This document shows positions 43,711 to 51,379 of a DNA stretch of 58,243 bases, one piece after another (within the stretch, counting starts at the first letter, position 1; every line of letters starts with the position of its first letter). The stretch is taken from assembly GCA_964600575.1 (NCBI GenBank), contig CAZRJH010000006.1, forward strand, positions 1-58,243. The letters are read 5' to 3'. The stretch comes from an uncultured Gammaproteobacteria bacterium (GTDB taxonomy: Bacteria; Patescibacteriota; Microgenomatia; UBA8517). Under the pieces are notes generated by a model. It saw nothing but the letters and a program-made list of their open reading frames with translations. It was not told the origin of the DNA and made no database searches. The position numbers and the translations under genes are program-made.

Positions 43711-46090
43711 CGGTTTTAAAAAAATTAAGAAATTAATAAGGGGGCAATCGGTTGTAGAGGTAATAGTAGCTTTTGGTTTGGCCACTTTATTTTTGCCTAT
43801 GATTGTTTCGGGATTTGCGGCAACAAGGGGCGGAAAAGTTCAACAAGAACAAAGAAATCTTGCGATCGGGTATCTGGAAGAAGGAGTTAGTGCTATTCGT
43901 AGTATTCGTGAAGAATCTTGGAAAAATATTGCAGCAGGCGGCACTTATCATCCTGTCTTAAACGGGACCCGTTGGAGTTTGTCGGATGGCCCGGAAGTTT
44001 TGGGGGACTTTACAAGATCTTTGGTTATAGAAGACTTTTCTCCCTTCGACCCCTCGATTAAAAAAATAACCGCTAGTGTTTCCTGGAACAACACAATACC
44101 GACTAGTGTATCGACGACATTTTATTTGACAAGATATGTGGGTAATACAAATATAGTTCAGACAACACAAGCCGATTTTACTGCAGGTATTATAAGCGGA
44201 GTTCAGGTTACAAACGTAAACGGTGGAGAAGTTAAGCTTGCAAATAATAATAAAGCTAAATGGTGTTCTCCTGAGCTGTCCCAGACGACAATCGACCTTC
44301 CCGACGGTCCGCCAGTTGCGGTAAGCGCATACGCTTCGGCGACATCATCTGCAATACCAAACGAAGCTTTTGTAGCCGTAGCACCTTTTGCAACTACTTC
44401 TGCAAAACTTGCACACATTGGAGTGACCGCAAATGTTGATCCTCCGACAGCGAGCTTGAAGGGAATATTTACACTTGACCCTGCAGCATATTCCGATATA
44501 TCGCTTGTGCCTAGTGGCATAAATTTGACTAACAGTTTTAAAACTAACGATATTAAATACTATGTATCGGGAAGCGGTAATGTGTATGCACTTTTGGCTA
44601 CAAACCTTCCTGATCACGAGGTTGTCGCCATTCAAATTACGAGCGGAGGAAGCTCGGCTTTTCAGGACCCTACCAATAAAATATATAAATACTGGACTTT
44701 TTTTAACACCAAGCAGTATCAGGGTGATAACCGATCAACTCCAAATCAGGATCAAGCCCCTTTTGGTTATGGCGGAGTTTCGATTGAGGTATCGGGAAAT
44801 AGGGGATATTTGCTTTCGGGTGGTTATTTGTATGTTTTTGATCTTACTAATATTGACAGTAAGTCTCCTGCATCAGCCCTTGATATGGTGGGTTGCAGAA
44901 TTCAGTTAGACGGATATGATTGTCAACCCGGGACGGGTACTGATAGAAAGTATAGCTCCGGTGAAACCGGCACCAGTTGGTCTGATACAACCTCGCCAGT
45001 GCATCTAAATTGCTCGGACGGGGGAAACATAGAGCTCTATGCCGACAACGACCTTAGTGTGGTCTCTGTTTCGGGGAGTACGTATGTATATGTTGCGGTT
45101 GGTGCCGGTACAAACCCTGAATTTGATATTGCTAATGTTACAAACGTTCCTTCGTCCTCAACAAACCCAAGAATCAACAGTAGCAGTTGCGGAAGAATAA
45201 GCGGAGGAGCAAGCGGTTGGAAAAGGTCGGGATCGTTGGATTTTAACTCTTCGAGCGGAACCGAAGAGGCGGCTAACTCCGTGTACGCTAAGTCGGATGG
45301 AACTCGGGCGTATATTTCCAGTAACGGGGGTATCGACGGGAACAATAACGGCCAACCCGATAGCCATCAATTTTATATATTAAACACTTCTAATAAAAGT
45401 TCCCCGACGGCAGTATCAGGCGGCTATTACGACGGTGATTCAACTAATATCCAATTGTTTCCAAGAAGAAGCTTGACGGTGTTGGGTGGCGGTAGGGCAA
45501 TTTTGGTTGGACAAGATGGAATTTCGGATTCTACTGAACCAAAAGAATACCAAGTTTTAAACATAGAAAACGAAAGTTCCCCCGCATACTGCGGTGGAGT
45601 TAACTATCTACCGGGATTTAACGATTTGACTAGCGTTTCCGAAGCGGATGGAGACAACTTTGTTTATATGGTTGCAAATACAACCGATAAAGAGCTAAAA
45701 ATAATACAGGGCGGACCTGACACCGGAATTTATGTAGGGTCCGGAATTTTTGAATCTTCGGCTATAAGCATCGCCACAGCCTCGGCCTTTAATCGATTTA
45801 CTGCCGGAATAAGTCAACCTGCAAACACTACAGTTAGAATGCAGGTGTCGGTTGCTACTCCTTCGGGAGGGTTGTGTTCGGGGGCACTCTATGACTTTTT
45901 GGGACCCGACGGAACTGCGGCCACTTATTACACCGCAAACGCCGCGTCTGTATCGGGGATGTTTCCTGTTGGTGATATCGGGAGTTATTCGAATCCCGAG
46001 CGCTGCTTAAAGTATAAAACTTACTTTGATACGACCGACTTTAATCAGTCGCCCCAACTTAACGATGTTAATATAAATTATTCGCCATGA
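43694..46090 (+). CDS. Giant pseudopilin (798 aa) with prepilin-like N-terminus and LVIVD-like beta-propeller repeats
   Basis: IRG|QSVVEVIVAFGLATLF with Glu at +5. Repeats include GNRGYLLSGGYLYVFDLTNIDSKSP, GSTYVYVAVG...FDIANVTNVPSS, TRAYISSNG...FYILNTSNKSSP and EYQVLNIENESSP. Confidence 0.65.
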   Translation: MEQTIDGFKKIKKLIRGQSVVEVIVAFGLATLFLPMIVSGFAATRGGKVQQEQRNLAIGYLEEGVSAIRSIREESWKNIAAGGTYHPVLNGTRWSLSDGPEVLGDFTRSLVIEDFSPFDPSIKKITASVSWNNTIPTSVSTTFYLTRYVGNTNIVQTTQADFTAGIISGVQVTNVNGGEVKLANNNKAKWCSPELSQTTIDLPDGPPVAVSAYASATSSAIPNEAFVAVAPFATTSAKLAHIGVTANVDPPTASLKGIFTLDPAAYSDISLVPSGINLTNSFKTNDIKYYVSGSGNVYALLATNLPDHEVVAIQITSGGSSAFQDPTNKIYKYWTFFNTKQYQGDNRSTPNQDQAPFGYGGVSIEVSGNRGYLLSGGYLYVFDLTNIDSKSPASALDMVGCRIQLDGYDCQPGTGTDRKYSSGETGTSWSDTTSPVHLNCSDGGNIELYADNDLSVVSVSGSTYVYVAVGAGTNPEFDIANVTNVPSSSTNPRINSSSCGRISGGASGWKRSGSLDFNSSSGTEEAANSVYAKSDGTRAYISSNGGIDGNNNGQPDSHQFYILNTSNKSSPTAVSGGYYDGDSTNIQLFPRRSLTVLGGGRAILVGQDGISDSTEPKEYQVLNIENESSPAYCGGVNYLPGFNDLTSVSEADGDNFVYMVANTTDKELKIIQGGPDTGIYVGSGIFESSAISIATASAFNRFTAGISQPANTTVRMQVSVATPSGGLCSGALYDFLGPDGTAATYYTANAASVSGMFPVGDIGSYSNPERCLKYKTYFDTTDFNQSPQLNDVNINYSP

Positions 46091-46590
46091 TGAAAAGATT
46101 TTGGGTTTCCGGAAAAAAAGAACGAGGCTCAACCCTATTGGAGCTTTTGCTGTATATGGGTTTGATGTCTGTTTTTATACTGGTGCTTCTTAACATATTT
46201 ACGACAACCTGGGATGTAAAACTTGACAGTGAGGGAGTGGCTTCTGTTAACAGAGACTCGCGTTATATGCTATCAAAGCTTGTTTATAGTATTGAGAATG
46301 CGGAGTTGGTAACTACCCCAACTTACGGATCGACATCGGATACATTATCCTTGGTCTTGGGAGGACAAAGTATACAGTTTGCATCCGAATCGGGAAAGCT
46401 TGTTTTAACGGAAAACGGGATTGGGATGAGTCTTAACGGAAAAGATACAAACCTTACAAATTTAAGTTTTCAGAGTGTCGGCAAGCCCGGCGGTAAGACT
46501 GTTGTTAAGATTAATTATGCCATCGAGTCTAATATAGACTCTAAAGCCGATACATCTAGAAGTATAGACACTTCTGTTTCGCAAAGGTAA
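46087..46590 (+). CDS. Prepilin-type pseudopilin
   Basis: ERG|STLLELLLYMGLMSVF with Glu at +5. ATGA overlap with the upstream gene. Confidence 0.7.
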   Translation: MMKRFWVSGKKERGSTLLELLLYMGLMSVFILVLLNIFTTTWDVKLDSEGVASVNRDSRYMLSKLVYSIENAELVTTPTYGSTSDTLSLVLGGQSIQFASESGKLVLTENGIGMSLNGKDTNLTNLSFQSVGKPGGKTVVKINYAIESNIDSKADTSRSIDTSVSQR

Positions 46591-46594
46591 ATAT

Positions 46595-47014
46595 ATGAGT
46601 AATACAGAAAAAGTTTGTTCGGACGGTAAAAAATTTTTGAATCAAGGAGGACAAACTCTCATTGTGCTACTGATTTTTGTATTGGTTGCCGTTTCGGTTA
46701 CAACCGCCTCTATATTTATTGTTACCGCAAATTCGCTGGCCTCGAGTGATTCCTCTCGCGGAATTACAACAAAACAAATGGCCGACTCAGGTATAGAAAC
46801 CGCCTACTTAAAAATTTTAAGAGATCCGACTTACTCGGGAGAGACGATATCCGACTTGGAGGGGGGTAGTGTAACGATTACCGTTTCTTGGGTTGGTTCT
46901 ACGGGGACAATCGTTTCTACTGCAATAAACGGGAGTTTTACCAGAACTGTTGAAAGTGTAGTTACAACCAGTCAAAATGTTTTGAACCAGGTTTCTTGGA
47001 AAGAAATAAACTAA
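46595..47014 (+). CDS. PilX-like pseudopilin (no Glu at +5)
   Basis: NQGG|QTLIVLLIFVLVAVSV hydrophobic N-terminus, in an operon context. Confidence 0.5.
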   Translation: MSNTEKVCSDGKKFLNQGGQTLIVLLIFVLVAVSVTTASIFIVTANSLASSDSSRGITTKQMADSGIETAYLKILRDPTYSGETISDLEGGSVTITVSWVGSTGTIVSTAINGSFTRTVESVVTTSQNVLNQVSWKEIN

Positions 47015-47680
47015 ATGCGCGAAGACAAAAAAAGAATTATTTTGTATGTAAGTTCTAAGTCTATTACCGCCTATGACGGTAATGTCATTTTTAAAGAAGA
47101 TTGGGACCTAAAAATTATCAGAGATTTTGATGTCTTGGATAAAAGTACTTTTGACGGATTTATTGATGTTTTTATTAAAAAAGCAAACTTAACGGGCGGG
47201 GTAGTTTCTTTGATATTGGCAAACGATGTGTGTATAACCCACGACATACAGGGAACCGACGAGGTGGGTTTCGACCAAAAAATTGACACTTTTTTAGATG
47301 CTGTTCCTTATAACCAAATACTTTTTAAAAACTACAGAACCAGAGACGGGATTAGGGTGGTAGCGACAAATAAAGAAACCATTAGTGGTATTGCCGAAGT
47401 TTTTGAAAAAGAAGGATTTGCTGTTGAGACGGTTACCCCTGCAATGATGTTTGAAGGATATATTCCCCAAAGGGGTATGGATGAATCGTTTGCCAAAGTT
47501 GTCAGTTCTAATTATTCTGCCACCTTAAGCGGAAGTATGGTTTCCAAAATTTCCGCCCAGCCGGCAGAAACAGCTAAACATCTTGAGACAAAACAACAAA
47601 ACAAAGCACTGCCATACATGCTGGCCGTATTTGGAGTTTTGTTGGTTGTTTTGGTTGCTTTGATATTGATACGCAAATAA
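47015..47680 (+). CDS. Tail-anchored pilus-operon protein, half-PilM-like cytoplasmic domain plus C-terminal TM
   Basis: Its start abuts the previous stop. C-terminal TM ALPYMLAVFGVLLVVLVALILI. ISGIAEVFEKEGFAVETVTPAMM is reminiscent of PilM. Confidence 0.4.
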   Translation: MREDKKRIILYVSSKSITAYDGNVIFKEDWDLKIIRDFDVLDKSTFDGFIDVFIKKANLTGGVVSLILANDVCITHDIQGTDEVGFDQKIDTFLDAVPYNQILFKNYRTRDGIRVVATNKETISGIAEVFEKEGFAVETVTPAMMFEGYIPQRGMDESFAKVVSSNYSATLSGSMVSKISAQPAETAKHLETKQQNKALPYMLAVFGVLLVVLVALILIRK

Positions 47681-47726
47681 CAAAATACCCATTGACAGGT
47701 TGTTCGGCTAATACTAAATTTAATTA

Positions 47727-48185
47727 ATGTCCAAAAGAAAATCAGGTTTTACACTCATTGAGCTTCTGGTAGTTATAGGTATTTTAGGAATTCTTCTTGC
47801 CATCGTTCTTATAGCTATCAACCCTGCAAGACAATTTGCACAAGCCAACAATACAGCCAGAAGAAGTGATGTGACCCAGCTTTTGAATGCAATTCATCAA
47901 TATGCGGCTGACAATAAAGGTGTACTTCCTACGGGAATTACAACCACGGCGCAGGAAATTGCAACCGGAGCAGCTGATATTTGTGCAGCAATAAGTCCGA
48001 CTTATATAGCATCGCTTCCATCTGATCCGTCGCCTCCTACAAGTGGAACTGCGGTTAGTAATTGTGCTGCAGCATATGCCACGGGTTATACAGTTGTTAG
48101 GGATACAGCCGGAAGAGTTACAGTGGCAGCACCAGCAGCAGAAGCTATTGGCGGAACAACCCCAACGATATCGGTTACAAGATAA
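47727..48185 (+). CDS. pilA: Type IV major pilin
   Basis: KSG|FTLIELLVVIGILGILLAIVLIAINP. It is the last gene of the operon before a strong terminator. Confidence 0.85.
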   Translation: MSKRKSGFTLIELLVVIGILGILLAIVLIAINPARQFAQANNTARRSDVTQLLNAIHQYAADNKGVLPTGITTTAQEIATGAADICAAISPTYIASLPSDPSPPTSGTAVSNCAAAYATGYTVVRDTAGRVTVAAPAAEAIGGTTPTISVTR

Positions 48186-48200
48186 TTTGGAATTTTAGCC

Positions 48201-48225
48201 AAACCGCTGAAAAGCGGTTTTTTTG
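48201..48225 (+). terminator. Rho-independent terminator
   Basis: AAACCGCT-GAAA-AGCGGTTT followed by TTTT. Confidence 0.85.
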
Positions 48226-48232
48226 TGGGGAA

Positions 48233-48784
48233 TTATTCGAAAGATACTATTTGTCTTTTTTGTCCTTTGGTTTTAATTACGTTTACGGACTTTGCAACCA
48301 TTTCTTTGTGTGCAGTAATAGTATTTAAAGGTAAGTTTTCTACATCAAACCAGTTATTGGGATCTCCGCCTTCGTAGACTTTCATTAAAAATTGAAAAAC
48401 TCCTTCGTTTCCCCTTGGGGTAGTGCGATAGTATGCTGCAATTTGTTCCGGTTCATCTGAAACAAAACTTCCTATTTCTTTTCTTTTTACGCGGTTTAAA
48501 GCTGATTCTAAATCTTGATCGTTTCCGTTAACCATTGTTCCGGGCATATGATATTGCCCTGCATAGAACTTATCGCTTTCGGGCCTTTTTTCCATATAAA
48601 CAAATATTTTTCCGTCGACAATCTTGTATGGGGTGATTTCTACTGTTACAACCGCATTAAGACGGATGTGTTCGTACCAAACAGGCTCGGGAACGCGCCC
48701 GGGCTCGTATGACTGTTCCGCCTTTGCAACCTCTTCTGTTGAAATATGACCGGTTAATCTTTCTGACATCCTATAATTATACAA
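48233..48784 (-). CDS. Nudix-fold-like protein with degenerate Nudix box
   Basis: GQYHMPGTMVNGNDQDLESALNRVKRKEIG occupies the Nudix-box position, but the REx2EE glutamates are largely replaced. Confidence 0.4.
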   Translation of the reverse strand: MYNYRMSERLTGHISTEEVAKAEQSYEPGRVPEPVWYEHIRLNAVVTVEITPYKIVDGKIFVYMEKRPESDKFYAGQYHMPGTMVNGNDQDLESALNRVKRKEIGSFVSDEPEQIAAYYRTTPRGNEGVFQFLMKVYEGGDPNNWFDVENLPLNTITAHKEMVAKSVNVIKTKGQKRQIVSFE

Positions 48785-48800
48785 TAATGAAGCTGTTTTA

Positions 48801-49370
48801 TCAAACTTTGGTCTTCTTCTTTGGGAAGTAAGGTTTTAGGATTAAAGTTTCGATTAGTTTGTAAGCTCCTACGGCGGCACTACCCCAAACATTAAGGGAT
48901 TTATTCACACCAAACATGGGGAGCTCTACGGTGACATCCGAATAATCCAGAACTTCTTTTGAGACACCTAGAGTTTCGTTTCCTACGACTAGGGCAACGG
49001 GAAAATCGACCTTACCAGGAAGTATGCCCACAGGAATTGAGTCGGGTGATTGTTCGATACTTATAACTTGGTAACCCTTTGTCTTAAGTTCTTTTACTGT
49101 CTCTATTGTCGTGTCTCTTTTTTCCCACGGAACCCACTCTTCTGTTCCAACTGCCGCTTTGTGGATACGGCTATTTGGGGGATATTCTACTTCGCCGCAA
49201 ATATATACTTTTTCTGCGGCTACGGCATCTGCTAGCCTAAACATGGACCCGATATTGTATGTGTCGATTACATTGTCTAAAACGAAACAGATAGGGTTCC
49301 TTTTTATTGCCTCCATATCTCCGTCCTCCGGTTTTTGTTTTCTGAGTTCTTTGGAATTTAGTTTTTTCAT
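48801..49370 (-). CDS. SpoU/TrmH-family RNA 2'-O-methyltransferase
   Basis: VLDNVIDTYNIGSMFRLADA, VVGNETLGVS, VELPMFGVNKSLNVWGSAAV. Confidence 0.85.
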   Translation of the reverse strand: MKKLNSKELRKQKPEDGDMEAIKRNPICFVLDNVIDTYNIGSMFRLADAVAAEKVYICGEVEYPPNSRIHKAAVGTEEWVPWEKRDTTIETVKELKTKGYQVISIEQSPDSIPVGILPGKVDFPVALVVGNETLGVSKEVLDYSDVTVELPMFGVNKSLNVWGSAAVGAYKLIETLILKPYFPKKKTKV

Positions 49371-49996
49371 GTTAAATCTAGTGTTATTTGTTTGCTTTTG
49401 TCGATATCACTATATCGTTTTACTTTGGATAGGTCGACTGTATCAAATACTCTAAGTTTGTATCCGTCTTGGGTTTGTGCTGCGATACCGAAGTGGGGAG
49501 GTTTGTCGCCGATCCACTTTTCTGCAAGTTCTTTGGCGGCTCTTAGGTCGTGGGCACCTGTTAATCCGCCTGAGTATTTTGATCCCGAAGAAGGGTTGAG
49601 ATGTGAATAGTCGGGGTGGACTATTAGTTTTTGTCCGTTTAATACAAATTCACCCGTGGGATGAGTGTGTCCGTAAACCAAAAGCTCTGCAAATCTTCCT
49701 GTATTAAACAGTTTTTCTTTCAAAGACTGATAGTCGTCCTCTTGGGCCGAGGAAATATATACATGACTTGAAACTTGTTTTAGTCCTTGGCCGGGATATA
49801 TCGGTTGATCGTTGGCAATAATTGTATCGATGACACCGTCTTTTCCTAACCCGAAAAAAATAAATTCGGAAAGGAAAGGGTTGGGCCTTTCTAAAAGATT
49901 TTTTAGATGATTTTTGGCGGACTCCGCAATCAGAAGATTCAATCTCCTTTCTTTTGTTGCAAATAACTCTTTAGCTTTGGCAAAAATTCTTTCCAT
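49367..49996 (-). CDS. Hypothetical protein with JAB/MPN-like metalloprotease motifs (low confidence)
   Basis: SEFIFFGLG (E-x-G-x-G) and VYGHTHPTGE (HxHP[ST]G as in RadC/JAB), then NPSSG...HD after an apparent insertion. ATGA overlap with the downstream trmH-like gene. Confidence 0.35.
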   Translation of the reverse strand: MERIFAKAKELFATKERRLNLLIAESAKNHLKNLLERPNPFLSEFIFFGLGKDGVIDTIIANDQPIYPGQGLKQVSSHVYISSAQEDDYQSLKEKLFNTGRFAELLVYGHTHPTGEFVLNGQKLIVHPDYSHLNPSSGSKYSGGLTGAHDLRAAKELAEKWIGDKPPHFGIAAQTQDGYKLRVFDTVDLSKVKRYSDIDKSKQITLDLT

Positions 49997-50042
49997 GATC
50001 GGAATTATATCAAATCCGGCTATTATAGGACTCTTTTAACAC

Positions 50043-50080
50043 AAAAAAGCCCGGAGCGCATGTTTATGCTGCCTCCGGGC
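50043..50080 (-). terminator. Rho-independent terminator downstream of pncB
   Basis: GCCCGGAG / CTCCGGGC 8-bp stem (50049-56 and 50073-80). On the - strand it is followed by T6 (50043-50048). Confidence 0.75.
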
Positions 50081-50101
50081 AAATGCTAACGACAAGACCA
50101 A

Positions 50102-51307
50102 CTAGTTGGCAAGCCCATTTTTGTATCTGGCGATTTTGATTTCGTCGGGGTCGCCGATTGATTTACGGGGATCGTCGGAAAGCTTGACGGCTAAGTGTTC
50201 GAAACCGCCATCCCACCAGATTGCAAAAAGTTTGAGTACCGTATTGTAGGCATCCCATCCGACGTTGTTGGTGATTAGGCCGCCAAACAAAAACGATCGG
50301 ATATACTGACCGGGTAAATATTCGTTGACTTGAAGGATTTTGTCTTCGCTCCTAAAAGAGTTCGAATATATTATGCTCTTGGTTTTGGGGTCAACATCGA
50401 TCATCTCGCTTCTGTAGTGGGCGAGCATCATGTTGGTATACTCAAACGGGTCTCCCGAATCCTGGCGACTGCCGCCGAAAAGTATGGCGTAACCGCGGAG
50501 AAAAGACTCCAAAAACTTCTTGGTAGTATAAGTGTCGGGTAAAACATAACCCAACTTGTCTCCGTAGCTTTTAACCCAAATCTCGAGAGCCTTTTCGTTG
50601 GCGTTTTCGTGGCCGTAGTAGGCACCCATAAACGAGGCGTACTCGTGAGCTTGAGTACCAAACATCATTATGTCGAGTTGAAATGCATACTCGATTATTG
50701 ATGTACCCATGATACCGCCCCCGCCTTTTTCTATTTGCGGATACTCCATATAGGCGGTGAGTGCATCCCAATGCACCTCGGGCGAGAAAGGACGACGTCC
50801 GCCGCCTTCTACATAGGCAACATTGTGTTCAAAGAAAAAGCGTGATCTTGCGATTGCTTCTTCGCGCCAGCCCGGTTTGGGAAGTCTGCCTGTGAGCTCG
50901 GTGTAGAGGCTGGAATGAATTCTAAGAAGAATAATTTCCCAGTGTGTCACCTCGTACATTGGGCCTTCGACCACAATTGAAAGTTTACCGTCCACAACCG
51001 TTATTTTCACTTGGTCGGGATTAAATCTGTGGTTTGCGTACCAAACCAGAAACTTCCAGAGGATAAAAGGCCATTTCCGCTTTACGAATTCTGCGCGATC
51101 CATGTGTGCGGGAAGCATCGAAACATACTTGACTTGTTCGCGCATCCGCTCCGCAAGGCCGGGGACATAAGGCAGGCTGAGCCTATCGACGAAAACGAAT
51201 CGGGCAAAGACATGTTTGAAAAACAACCAGAAGATCATACCCATGCTTAGCTTGTAAGCGTCGGTTTCCCATCTGGTTTTTATGATCGGTTTTGAGTTTT
51301 TGCTCAT
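50102..51307 (-). CDS. pncB: Nicotinate phosphoribosyltransferase (E. coli PncB type)
   Basis: N-terminal WETDAYKLSMG (compare PncB LLDTDAYKLHM) and a ~400-aa length. This family assignment is from memory. Confidence 0.85.
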   Translation of the reverse strand: MSKNSKPIIKTRWETDAYKLSMGMIFWLFFKHVFARFVFVDRLSLPYVPGLAERMREQVKYVSMLPAHMDRAEFVKRKWPFILWKFLVWYANHRFNPDQVKITVVDGKLSIVVEGPMYEVTHWEIILLRIHSSLYTELTGRLPKPGWREEAIARSRFFFEHNVAYVEGGGRRPFSPEVHWDALTAYMEYPQIEKGGGGIMGTSIIEYAFQLDIMMFGTQAHEYASFMGAYYGHENANEKALEIWVKSYGDKLGYVLPDTYTTKKFLESFLRGYAILFGGSRQDSGDPFEYTNMMLAHYRSEMIDVDPKTKSIIYSNSFRSEDKILQVNEYLPGQYIRSFLFGGLITNNVGWDAYNTVLKLFAIWWDGGFEHLAVKLSDDPRKSIGDPDEIKIARYKNGLAN

Positions 51308-51379
51308 ACCGTCTCCTTGTGTGGTAAATCAAAGTGCCTTGATTAGAACAAGTGGAATTATAGCTTGGAGCGGGGAACT

